From: Podarcis vaucheri
Lineage: Eukaryota
Reading direction: 5' to 3' (one strand)
Assembly (NCBI GenBank): GCA_965113315.1
Contig: OZ220368.1
DNA length: 64,000 bases
A model generated the notes under the pieces. It made no database searches and was not told where the DNA came from. It saw nothing but the letters and a program-made list of their open reading frames with translations. A program made the position numbers and the translations under genes. How positions within the stretch are numbered: the first letter of the stretch is position 1; each line of letters begins with the position of its first letter. Below are positions 1 to 12,100 of this stretch, piece after piece.

Positions 1-139
1 GAGTGATGCAAGGATTGGCACCCCACAGGATGAGAACTATGCTGAGCCTTGTAGCTTCTTGCAGTTGAACCCTGGTGACCCAGATAGGGCTGTCCTGCTG
101 GTGCGTGAGGTGCTGACTAGGAGAAGCAAGGAAGTGCAG
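1..139 (+). CDS. CEP250: CEP250 exon (start lies upstream of window)
   Basis: Frame 2 ...AVLLVREVLTRRSKEVQ, donor CAG|GTGAGA. Confidence 0.85.
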
Positions 140-3100
140 GTGAGAGAACTTCAGAGGTTCCCTTGCCAGTAAGACTATCACATCACCAGTAGTAAAACTC
201 CACACCTCGTATAGCACTTTTCTCTGCCTTTGATGCTCTGCCTTATAAATTTCAACCTCTTCCTCTTCCTGCTAATAAGTGTTCCTAGTTGCGTCAAGCT
301 GGTTTTGACAGTCATTTCTTTCCCAGACAGGTCTTGCATTGGTGATTTGTTCTTTCCACTTTTCTAATCACTCGCTTTCCCCATGAGCATTCTGTTTATG
401 TCCAATCTTACAACTTTCTCTTTTTATTTTTTTATTATAATTTTAATTAAGTTTTCAGTTTTACATTTCAAAATAAGCATTTTGCAAACTTTAAAATACC
501 CAATGATTTCCCTCCTTCTCCTTCCATGGTTCATTTTACATGTCATACATTCCTGCATATTTTACCATAACCATTTAGATCAGTTTTCTTCTTTTACATC
601 AATCAAATATTATTTACACTGTTGAATTTATCTTAATGATGCCAGGTTTTTCAGCTGTGTACAGTTATTTTCCATTTATTCAATAAATGTTTTCTACTCT
701 TATTTAAATATATGTTGTTCTTGCTCTCTTATTCTATATGTTAAATCTGCAAATTCTGCATATTCAATCAACTAAAGTTGCCAATCCTCTTTTGTTGGGA
801 TCTTGCTCAGTTACTATTTTTGGGCTAACAGAACATGGGCCACAGTTGTCGCATACATAAATAACCTTTTATGACACCTTGGAATTTCTGTCTGGGTTAT
901 TCTCAATAAAAAGGACTCTGGTTTTTTGGGCGGAAATAATGTTAAACATTTTTTTCAACTCATTATAAATCATTTCCCAATAAACTTTTTACCTTTTTAC
1001 ATGTCTACCACATATGAAAAAAGGTTCCCTCCACTTCTTTACTTTTCCAATACGTATCTGATCTTGGCCAACCTATCAGGAGTTAAACACTATCTATGGA
1101 TCATTTATAAATACTTCTCTTTTAGTGAGTAACATGCAATAAATTTCAGATCATTTTCCCGAAGTTTCTCCCAGAGGTTGAAATCTATATTGTGTCCTAT
1201 ATCTATTGCCCATTGTGTCATTGAAATTTTAATAAGCTCGTCTTTTGTTTCCCATTCTAATAAAAATTACACATTTTAGACAGACGTTTACCCTTATTTT
1301 GTAAAAGTTCTTTTTCAGATTGTGAGCTTTGGTCCAGAAATCCATTCTTTTAATCTAATTTAAACATATTGTGTGTCTGTTGATATTGTAGCCAATCCGT
1401 AACCTGGCTCCTTAAGTTTTCCATTGGTTTCAGTTTGGGTTCCCTCCCTGTAAAATCCAGCAGTTCCCTGTAAGTCGCCCATTGTCCATCCATATTAACT
1501 CTCTTAATTGTAATTGCTTCAATGGGAGTTAGCTATAAAGGATTTTTTATTTCCAGCAGATTTTTGTATTTCTCCCAGACTCTATACAGATTCTTTCTAA
1601 GAATGTGGTTCATGAAACTCTTATAAATTTTAGCCTTCCCATACCAGATATGCATGCCAGCTAAATTTTAACCATGGCCTACTAAATCTAAAATGTCTGC
1701 ATTGCCCAATACAATTCATTCTTTTAACCAATTCAAACAAGCTGCCGTAATACAATTGCAGGTCTGGCAGGGCAAAGCTTCCTCTTTCTTTTGCATCTGT
1801 CAGAATTTTTTGTTTAATTCTTGGCTTTTCTTCCTGTCATATGAATTTAGAAATATCTTTTTTTCCATTCTTTGAAGAAGCTTGGATTATTTACAATCAG
1901 ATTAGATCAGAATAAAAACAGGATCCTAGGGAATATATTCATTTTAATTGGTGAAATTCTACCTAACATGGGGGAGAATGAAACTTTCTTTATCTCCAAC
2001 TCTTTCTTAACCTCTTTCCAAAATTTAAATATAATTACTTTCAAATAGGTTGAATTTGGGAATTTGTCAGCCAAATTTCCAAACACTTAATTTTTTTGCT
2101 TATTTTTAAACCAGACATCCTTTCTAAAAAATTTATCGACTGCTCATCCATGTTTTTGACCAACATTTTGGTTTTATATGGGTTTATCTTGAAACCCACC
2201 ACTTCTCCAAACCTTTTATTTTCTTCCAATGTTTTGGGAACACTCTCCAAAGGTTGTTCTTGTGTCAACTCCACATCGTCAGCAAATGCCCTTAATTTAC
2301 AGTCTCTACATCCCACCTCAATACTTTTAATTTCTCTATTTCTCCTTACATTCTGAAGCAATATTTCTAATGTCATAATAAACAACAGTGGAAATAGGGG
2401 ACAGCCTTGTTTCATTTCTTTTTCTATTTGGCATTTATCTGAAAGAATATTGTTTACTAATATATTTGCAGATTGATCAGTATAGATTGCTTTAATTCCT
2501 GCTAGGAAAGAATTACATATTTCCATTTTCTCCAGAACCTTAATCACAAAAGACCATGAAATATTGTCAAAAGCTTTCTCCACATCTAGAAAGATTAGGG
2601 CAGCCTGTTTTTCATTTCTTACTTCCAGGTAAATTGATTGCATTTCTTATATTGTCTTTCATTTGTCGGCCTGGTCTCTGTGAACTGACTCAGTGTCCTT
2701 TTCAATCTACTAGCCAAGATTGTAGCAAATAGTTTATAATCACAGTTCAAGAATGAAATTGGTCTGTAAATTTTAGTCTTTGTTAAGTCACTGTCTTGGT
2801 TTGGGATCTGGGTAATGAATGTGTGTTTCCATGAAGCTGGAACTACTGCTGTCACCAGAATTCTGTTTCTGGTGACCTCAACCTTACAACTTTCTCTGCC
2901 TGTACATAACATTCCTTCAGTCTTCAGCTGCTGCTTCTCTGTGGACTAATGCTTAACCACCTCTGTCTGTATATAATACCCCTTCAGTCTCTCACTTTCC
3001 CCCTAATCATTATATTTTGCCGCCTTTTGCAGCACCTGAGACAGCAGCTCTTGTCTAGTCAAAATTCTGTCAGCTCCCTGGAGAAGCAACAAGAGCAGCA

Positions 3101-6100
3101 GAAAGACCACTGTAAGTTCCTAAGCCAAAAACTTGAGCAGCTAGAAGGAGAGCAAGACACACTCATTAGCCAACTTCAGCATCTGCAGTCCATGGTGGAG
3201 ACTTACCGCAGGTCAGACATGTAATGCTTTCCCCATCTTTAAAGACTTGTATTGTAAAATAGATCCATATGCTTCTCTTGGCTTGCAGTGTTCTTTCCTC
3301 TTGTCAAGTCAGTAGGTTGTCTCCAGTGCTAGTCCTACTCAGAGTAGACCCATTGTAATTAATGGGCAAAAGTGGCTTTTCCAATGGGTCTACTCCAGCA
3401 GTTAGTAGCAGTTAGCTGGATTCAGCCCAATATCTCTCTGGATTTGAAGCACCTATTTAAGTTGTAAATAAACCTTCATATGTGGTCTGTGCTCTTCAAA
3501 GTTTGCCTGGGGCAGTTTGCATCCACAGGTTGGAGAGAGACAGTACTCAAGAAGTCACTCTGCCTTTCAGATGTGATGGTGTCCTCATTTCCCTGTATTC
3601 TCCAGTAGCCCAGATAGGAAAAGGAGGATGCTCAGTCAGTAGTAGCTAAACAAGTGCAATGAAACTTTGCAGTGTATCTCTGTTTTTTGTTTTTCTCTAA
3701 CTGAAGACTTTTTCTTCTCAGTGACCATATCACCCTGGATAAATCCAAGATAGAATTACAGCAACAGCTGGAAGTCTTGGAACAGGAAGTCCAGCACTTG
3801 CGCCGAAGCAATACTGAGCTACAGCTGAAAGGAGACATGGTGGATGGCCAAAAAGAAGAACAGCAGCATGAATTGGAAAGGATGCTGCGGGAGAGAGAAT
3901 ATATGTGAGCCTTTTGTCTTTCCCCCCCAAAGGGCAGTAAGTTTGTTGCTAGGGAAATACAGGAAAAAGAGAAGCTGGCAAGAGCATTCACAAACCCAGT
4001 TCTTACAACAATCCCTCTCCATTTTATGAAGGTTGTGGAAATTTGGAATCTTTGCACTTTCTTCACCCTCTTGTCAGGATTGTGTATGGGCTCTGCCAAT
4101 TTCACTTTTAAAAATGAGCCCCTCTGGATAGAATTTGTGAAATTTGCCAAAAAAATGTATGGTGCTGTATGAGGAGTTTTATGTTAGAAAATGAAATTTG
4201 CAGCTCCGGTTAAGCTTTGGAGCTCTCATGTACTTCACTTCTTAAAATAAATAAGTGTATGTGTTCATTCAGTCAGGAAGACCGGAATGCTCTTGAAGGA
4301 AAGCATTCGTTGTTAAAGAGTGAGTTGGTAGCCATGAAAGAAGCACTGGAAAAATCTCACCTTGATGGAGAACTGGTGAAACAAGAAAAACATGAACTTG
4401 CTACAGCGCTGGAGCAGGTACAGTTATTTTCTTTTCCTAGTAATAGCCAAACACACTCTTGAATTTAAACAGGAAACTACATAGACACTCACTGTAGACA
4501 GACACTGGCATGTTCATTAAACTGCTGTAAAGTGGTGGTCAGTAAGCATAACAGTAGAGTTTACAAAAAAAAAAAAAAAAATCAAAATTCTGGTATTGTC
4601 CTGTTCTGGGCAAGAGGCTGAGCTGCAAATCCAGTTCCCACAGCAAGTTTCCATGTTTCCTGGCCACCACATGCTCCCATCTCTTTCCCCATGGTTTAGT
4701 AAAGCCTGTGAAGGACAGTTATGGAGAAACAACATTGTAGCAGCATTTGACATTAGTGCATGTATCTTGGCTATATGGCTTAAATTTATGCATCTGGGGC
4801 AATTCTTTATAACTTACCTTTGATTAATTTTGGGAGGCTAAAAACAGGAACAGTTGCAACTTTCCTTCTTCTCTCCTGCCTGGCTCCATTGCAGCCATTC
4901 TTCCACTGAAAGTCAGAACTTCTTGGACTGCATTTGATTTTGAAAAGAAAAGAAAAAAAGAGGAAGTTCAACAAATAATGTGTAATGTCTAGTTCCAGTC
5001 TAAGTAATATGGTGCTAAAGATCTCTACTCAGAAGTGTTCTGGTTGTACTAAAAAAAGAAAAATATATATATCTGGCAATTGGAACATGTTTCTGACACA
5101 AGCATGTGATCCTTGTGACTGGCTCAGAGATTTTTTTTAAAAGAACCATAAACATACACATTTGGATTGGTTTTTTCATGATCAATCAGAATAGTGGTTT
5201 TTTCATGGCATTTAAGCTACATACTCATACATTAGTAAAGTCGTTGGGTTTCTATTTAAGGAAGAAAAGGAGGCATACTGATGGAAAACCAGTGACATAA
5301 TGGAAGATTAAGAGGGTATATTCTAAATAATCCAACAGATATTAATCTAGTCTTTTCCCCATTAGAACCCTCAGTGAACCCTCAGTTCCATGCCACAGGG
5401 AGGCATTGAGGATAGAAGTTATCTTAAAAAATATGTATGTATCTTAAGTTTTACTCGAGTGCTGCCATTGAAATTAATTGTTCTAAGTTAGCTATGTCCA
5501 TTAATTTCAAAGGCTGTATTCTAACTGTGACTAATACAAGACACAACACATTGCCTTGAATGGCTTCAGAGAGTGAATCTTTGATCTTTGGTGAGTGGGA
5601 GGCATTTGACTTTCCTCAATGGGGAATCTGAAATATCCAGCTGTAAGCCCTGCATACTGTTTGGGCGGAGGTGTCTCCTCACCTTCAGGGACAACCTTTT
5701 AGGGAGTGCAAGAGGTTGCTGTAGGAAAGTTCATTTGGATAGCATGATAAAATATGGTTTATTGTAAGTTAACAAAGTTAGGGGCAAGTCTTATTCTGCT
5801 TTTATTGACTGGTATTTCTTTGTTTTGTGTTTTTGGGTCCACAAGGCTGAGCAGTCCTTTGCAAAGTTAACTGGTGCACACAATAAGCTAAAAGCAGAAA
5901 CTGCTCACCTTCATGATGCAGTTGCAAAGATGAGTGCCCTTAATGAAGCTCTAGCATTGGACAAAGTGAGTTTGAATCAACTTCTCTTGAAGGTAAGAAG
6001 ACTGTTGCAGCTGAACTATTATTATTCTGTGCAGCCTACAAAATATATTCCTTCCAGTAGCACCTTAAAGAGTTGGTCTTTAAGGTGCTACTGGAAGGAT

Positions 6101-9100
6101 TTTTTTTATTTTGACTATGGCAGTCCAACACGGCTACCTATCTGTAACTACAAAATATATGTAAGTAATTTGCTAATATGCAGGTTGCATTTTTAGCAGT
6201 TCGAAAGCACGTCAAAGTGCAAGTAGATAAATAGGTACCGCTCCAGTGGGAAGGTAAACGGCGTTTCCGTGCGCTGTTCTGGTTCACCAGAAGCGGCTTA
6301 GTCATGCTGGCCACATGACCCGGAAGCTGTTTGTGGACAAACGCCAGCTCCCTCGGCCAATAAAGCGAGATGACTGGACTTACGACTGGACTTAATGGTC
6401 AGTGGTCCCTTTACCTTTACCTAGGTTGCATTTTATTCAGAACGGGGGAAAGGAAGCCTGCTGTTTAAAAAAAAATTTAATAAATTTTGAATAGAGAAAC
6501 AATCATACAATCAATTACAGTTCCCCCCATAACAACCCCAACTATGTCCAGCTTTATTAGTAGTAATAAACTGAAACATAAATTCAATAGCTGTCAATTT
6601 AAAAAATGTTGTTCCACAAGTTCCCATGGCCTATACACATGTTTTTTCTTCATTGCAAATGAAGTAAAAGTGGACCACATTTTGTAAAACTTTTGTAGAT
6701 TCTTGTGTTGTCTTCTTTCTTGTACTTTATCTCTCAACCTTCCCATCAAGATAAAGGCCCAAACAATAAGCATACCAAATTTCATATGTTTGCATTCCAT
6801 ATCCTCCAGTGCCTTGCAAGAGCAAGAAGTGCTGCAGTTATAATATGCATAATTAAGTCTCTGTATCAAGGATAATTTGCTTCAGCTGCAGATATTGAAA
6901 TAGTGCCATTTTCACATCTAATCAATTTAAAAGTAATTTGTTCCATTTCCTAAAATACCGTTAACTAGAAGTTTTTAATCTGTGGCATTTTCACCACATG
7001 TGTATAAATGTTTCTTTATCCCCACAGTTTCTCCAACATTATAGAAAGGTATTTTTGCATATTTTACTTAGTAACATGGAGTGCTGGTACCATCTGTGGG
7101 TTAGCTTTAAGATGTTTTCTCGTACACGAGCAGAATTAGCTCAAAAAGGAAATATTTTCTCACATTCTTTCCCATAAAACATAATAAATTTCTTTTAAGT
7201 CTTTCCCATCTAGTCTTCAAATTGGAAGATTTTGATGTTTAAAAATTAACGATAGATATATAAGCTATAAAACATTTTAAAACAAGGTTAATGAATTTGT
7301 CCCTTGTTTGCAAATTTCTGTGATACTGATGAAGTGAATGACTTGAGCGTTTACCATCCAATTGTGGGAGAAGTTTGTTGTATAGCTTTTCCAGACAAAG
7401 GGGTACCTTTGGTCTTTATGCCAGAATATGCCCATTGAAGGCTGCTCTTTTATCAGTTGCTTCCATTTCCTTAAATGTAGATGGAGCAGGAAAAACAGGC
7501 ACTTCTGGACAAAGTTGATCACCTGGAAAGACTAAGGACCTCTTCACAGAAACAGCTCAACCAGATGGCGAGAACAAATGAGGAACTAAGTGCAGACAAG
7601 ACTCGGTTACAGCAGTTGCTACACAAGGCTGAGGGAATGCAGGAAAGTTTACAGGAAGAGTTAAAAGTACTGAGAGATGAACAGAAAGAGACTTGTGAGA
7701 AGCTGAGCCAGGTGAGTGTTAGCAGCAGACTTGAGTTATCCTGCATGGACATTGGGCAGCAGCAGTGTTGTGCTTCTGAAGTTGGGTTCAGTTAGATCAG
7801 TGTTTCCCAACCACTGTTCCGCGGCACACTAGTGTGCCGCGAGATGTTGCCTGGTGTGCCACGGGAAAAATTAAAAAATTCGAAAGATTTTTTTTTAAAA
7901 AAGTCAAATTTTCGATTGGGGCGCCGTCACTAGATGACCCCTGGGGTTCCCTCCCTCCCTCCCGCTCTGCGCCTCCCTCCTCCTCCGGGGAGGCCCTTCC
8001 TGGCTCTCGGCCAAGGCTTGGCGGCTGCCACTCACTCGCTCGCTCGCCCACCCGTCCCTCCATCCCTGCACCCGGCCTCTCCCCCTCCGTCCCCGGCGCG
8101 GGGGCTGCCGGGATCCGTAGTCCCCTCGCCCTTGGGCTCCGCGCCCGCGTGGGGTGCGCAAACTACGTTTCCCAGCGTGGCCTGGCTCTTCTCCCGGCCA
8201 TGGAATGAGCGCGGCGGCGGCGGCCGGGCAGGCAGGGGCTCTTCCGTGCAGACCCCGGGTGGCAGGATGGAGCCCGGGGATCCCCGCGGAGGCGGAGCGG
8301 CGGAGGCGGAGGCTGCCCCCCAGGTAGGGCTGCGTCGGGGGGGGTGTTTATTTTTGCAATGCTGCATCCGCGCCGGAGGGGACGCATCGGACCGCGGGGA
8401 GACCCCTTGGCGGGCGTGCAAGGCAATGCATGCGTGCAGGCGTTGCATGGAGTGCAGTGCAATGCAATGGCAACGCGGCGCCCTGCATGCATGCATGCAA
8501 CTTCCACCGGCGCTCCGGACTTGGCAGGTGAGGGGGGTCCCCAGTGGGCGGCAGAGAGAGCCGGGAGGGCGAAGGGGAGCCGGGGGGGAGCAGCGCTGCT
8601 CCCCGAGCCCGGGGGGAAACTTCGGCGTCGTTGCGCCGGGTGTTGGAAGCGGAGGCTGGCGGGGGCCCCTCACCTGCAAAACCTGGTCGCCTCTCATATA
8701 TTTCGTGCAATGCATTCATCGCCCGCTTTCTCCTCCAAGGAGCTCCCGGGGGCGCGCGTGGTTCTCCCCGTGTTATCCTCGCAACAACAGCCCTACGAGG
8801 TGGGTCAGGCGAGTGGCCCAAGGGAGCACCCAGGGATTGTCCTGGCCAGGTGGGGTGATTTGAACCCTGCTCTCTGCCCGGTCTTCGTCCTCATTTAGCC
8901 CCCACATGTGCATGACTGTGCATGACTGAGGTTTCCCCCCCTCGTCTTGGCTATGGTGTGAGTCTGTGCTGTTAATTAATGGGGTTCTGCCTTCGGAGGA
9001 GATGAGCCAGCCCTCAAGGAGGTGATTATGTAATTTGCTAGCAATTCATGTCCCTCCCGGCGTGACGCTGCGCGCTGACGTCACGGGGCTGTAATGGTGG

Positions 9101-12100
9101 TGTGCCTCGAGATTTTTTTCATGAAACAAGTGTGCCTTTGCCCAAAAAAGGTTGGGAAACACTGAGTTAGATTATGGAATTCTGCTTGAACAGTGAATAG
9201 CTCAGTTAGTTTGAAGGTGGTGCTGATAACACCAAGGTTGCAGGTTTAATCTCCATATGTGACAGCTGCATATTCCTGCATTGCAGGGGGTTGGACTAGA
9301 TGATTCCAACTCTACAATTCTATGATTCTAGGAATCTTTTCAGTAGCTAGTGCTGCTCATCACAAAGTTCATTTTACTATTCTTGCATAAGACAATCTTT
9401 TCAATCTTATTTGTACTCCATAAGTGTTTCTGGGTAAAGTATGTTTTGCAGCCATTGTAACACTCATCTAGATTTTCTTCTTTTCCAATACACATTCTTT
9501 CTAAAATCTGGCCACCGGTGAAGTGTCACAGTAAAACATTAAGTGCGGTGGCCTTCAGGCAATTATATATTTTGTACTTTGGTTCTCTCCTGTGTATAGA
9601 TAATCAAACTTCTCCATAGCAGTCCATCTGTAACAGATCCATTTTTCTTTGTAATGTGCAGTTAGGCAGGTCCATCTCTTCTGTGAGAACAATTTTCTAT
9701 CCTTCAAAAGAAGCTATAGATCTATTTCTTTTTACAGTGCATTATTGCTTAAAGTGACAGAGCTTTGCCTTTTGCTATAAATTGATTTTCTTTCTCCTTC
9801 ATAGGCTCATCACCAGCATGAGACATCTAGTGCTGATTTGGAGCATGCACATCAGGAGTCAAGTCGTCTTGGAGAGGTGCTGGCCAAGACGTCCAAAGAA
9901 AAGGAATCATTAATGCGTGAGAAAGCCGCATTGGAAGTACGACTAGGGGCTGTTGAACGAGAGAGATGGAGTTTTTCAGAGCAAGTGGCAGAGTACAGGT
10001 AAGAGGCTGACGAATGGAAGAACCTTGCCTATTTGAATAATTATTTAATGCAATCATTGTAGCTCTGGATTCTGAGAGATGACTTTCCATCAGAGGACTA
10101 TGCAGCTTTTTGTGTCTTGGCTGTTCAACCATGTGGCAGAAGTAGTTCCACATGTGCAGAAAGAAATTCAACAAATGCACAACAGGAAAAATGTTTAAGT
10201 CAAGCCCAAGTTTGAAATCCTGTACACAGTTTGACAGGTCTGTTTTCCATAAAGCTGCAAAACTTACACTTAATAGTATTTCTGTTCTTCCAGGCATTGT
10301 TTCTTGTATCAGCATGACAAATGGCCTGTGATTGTTGTCCTTATTGTCTGTATATTTAGAGGCTGACTGGTGCACTGCTACAAATGAATGACCTCCTTTT
10401 GTTCATAGTGTTTCCAGGGTACTCAAACTGGCTTTGCTGGGATTACATTTATCATGTCATGAGCAAGAGATTAAAGTCCCACAAATTCTGTATATGTAAT
10501 TTGTAGATCAGCGAAGGATCTTCTGGAATCAAGTCTCCTTCAAGCTCAGCTGCAGGTGTCTGACCTGGAAGTTACCAAGGGTCAACTGGAAATGAAAATC
10601 CAGGCAATCAACCAGGCCAAAGAAGTGATACAGGGTAAGATGTTTTCAAAGGCTTCCAGCAAAAGGTAATATCAACAGAGCACCCTCCTTTCATGTGATA
10701 AAAGGCCAGTGGTCAAACAAGCTGTTATGCCTCATACATTCTGACTCCTGCTCTTTGTTTATTCTTACAGGAGAGGTGAGATGCCTTTGCACTGAACTGG
10801 AAGCTGAAAAGTCAAAATTTAAGCAAGAAAAGGAAGAAAAAGCACAACAGCTCTTGCAGGCCGAGCAGAAGTACCAAGAAATGCTTGACCACTGTCAAAT
10901 TGTACATAAGGAGGAAGTTAATACACTACGTCAAGAGTTGGTAAGCAACCATATGGTCACCTCTTTAATTCATGATATATATATATATTTTGGGGGTAGG
11001 AAATTGAGCAGAAGATAGAATTAATAAAGTGGCTCAAAATGCCAGATGATTACCAAGACTTACTTTTCCATTCAACTGTTATGCCTTGTACTAATTAAAC
11101 TATTAGTCTTTTAAACTACCTTGCTTTGGATGGGTTGTTTTCAGCATAATGCTAAGGTGAATTGTTTGTCAGCTCAAGGATTTCTCTGTGCACAATCAAG
11201 TGCTCCCCCCTCTCCTCCCTCTGTGCACTCTCTAAATCTATTCTGCGAACCCCCAACACTCTGGAGTAGAATTGGTGTGGGACAGATGCAGGGGGAAGAA
11301 AGGTGGGGAAGCCAGGTTTTGATGGACACAGAAATAAGAATCTTACCTTAGATTGCCAGGAATTTCCCGTTGCAGCAAACCTTAGCAGAGGGTGCAGAGA
11401 GGTGTTTTGTACACATAATGGTCCAGTGTCTTGATCTCTAAACTCTGGTTCTCTTATACATCTGCATCAGGATGCTCTCTCTGCCTTAGCTGATAAAATA
11501 TTAGTGATATAATGCTATTAAAGTGTGTGAAGAGCTCTGAATACCTGACATGCACATAGGCTATGTTGTAGTGAATGGAGGGATGGGGTGGATAGCTTCC
11601 TTATACTATCCACTACATCGTAGTTAGTGTTATGGCTATAATAGTATGCTGCCTTGTTAAATGGATCTGGAGTAGTTGTGAGTGTGCATTTGTGCCTCCA
11701 GTTGCATGATATGTCACGTCTAAAACGTTGCCCAAAATTTTTAATCTTTGTTGTTGTTTTTTACTTCTAGTGCGTTTTTCAATATAAAACAAATTCATGA
11801 GGTGCTTGTATTATTGTTGCATATAATTTTTACTTTAGTCTAAAATCTCCCAGTCTTCTGGCATTGATCAGTTCAGGAAAAATCTGTGCCTGGCAACCTT
11901 GTGGTACAACTAATTTGGCTTCCGCTACATCCAACCTTACACAGGCACCTAGCTATTTTGTATTCTAGCTTTCCTCAACACCAAACATATAACAGCAGCA
12001 GAAAATGGAGAAAATATTCTGTTGCAACAAAGTCCCTAACATCTCTCCACACCCATCTATTGCAATGTTACTCATGACTCTTTCATATTAGCTAGGCTTG

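Noticed and set aside
2041-2912. Reverse transcriptase ORFs as an active element or retron-like system
   Set aside because: Frameshifted, 5'-truncated L1 ORF2 relic with stop codons.
7797-8898. Stack of long overlapping ORFs (up to 309 aa) on both strands
   Set aside because: Gly/Pro/Arg/Ala-rich artefacts of high GC inside a non-autonomous hAT; no transposase or other domain recognisable.
9192-9270. tRNA-like sequences (also 54984-55060 and 57930-57992)
   Set aside because: Degenerate SINE heads fused to LINE-derived tails, not tRNA genes.
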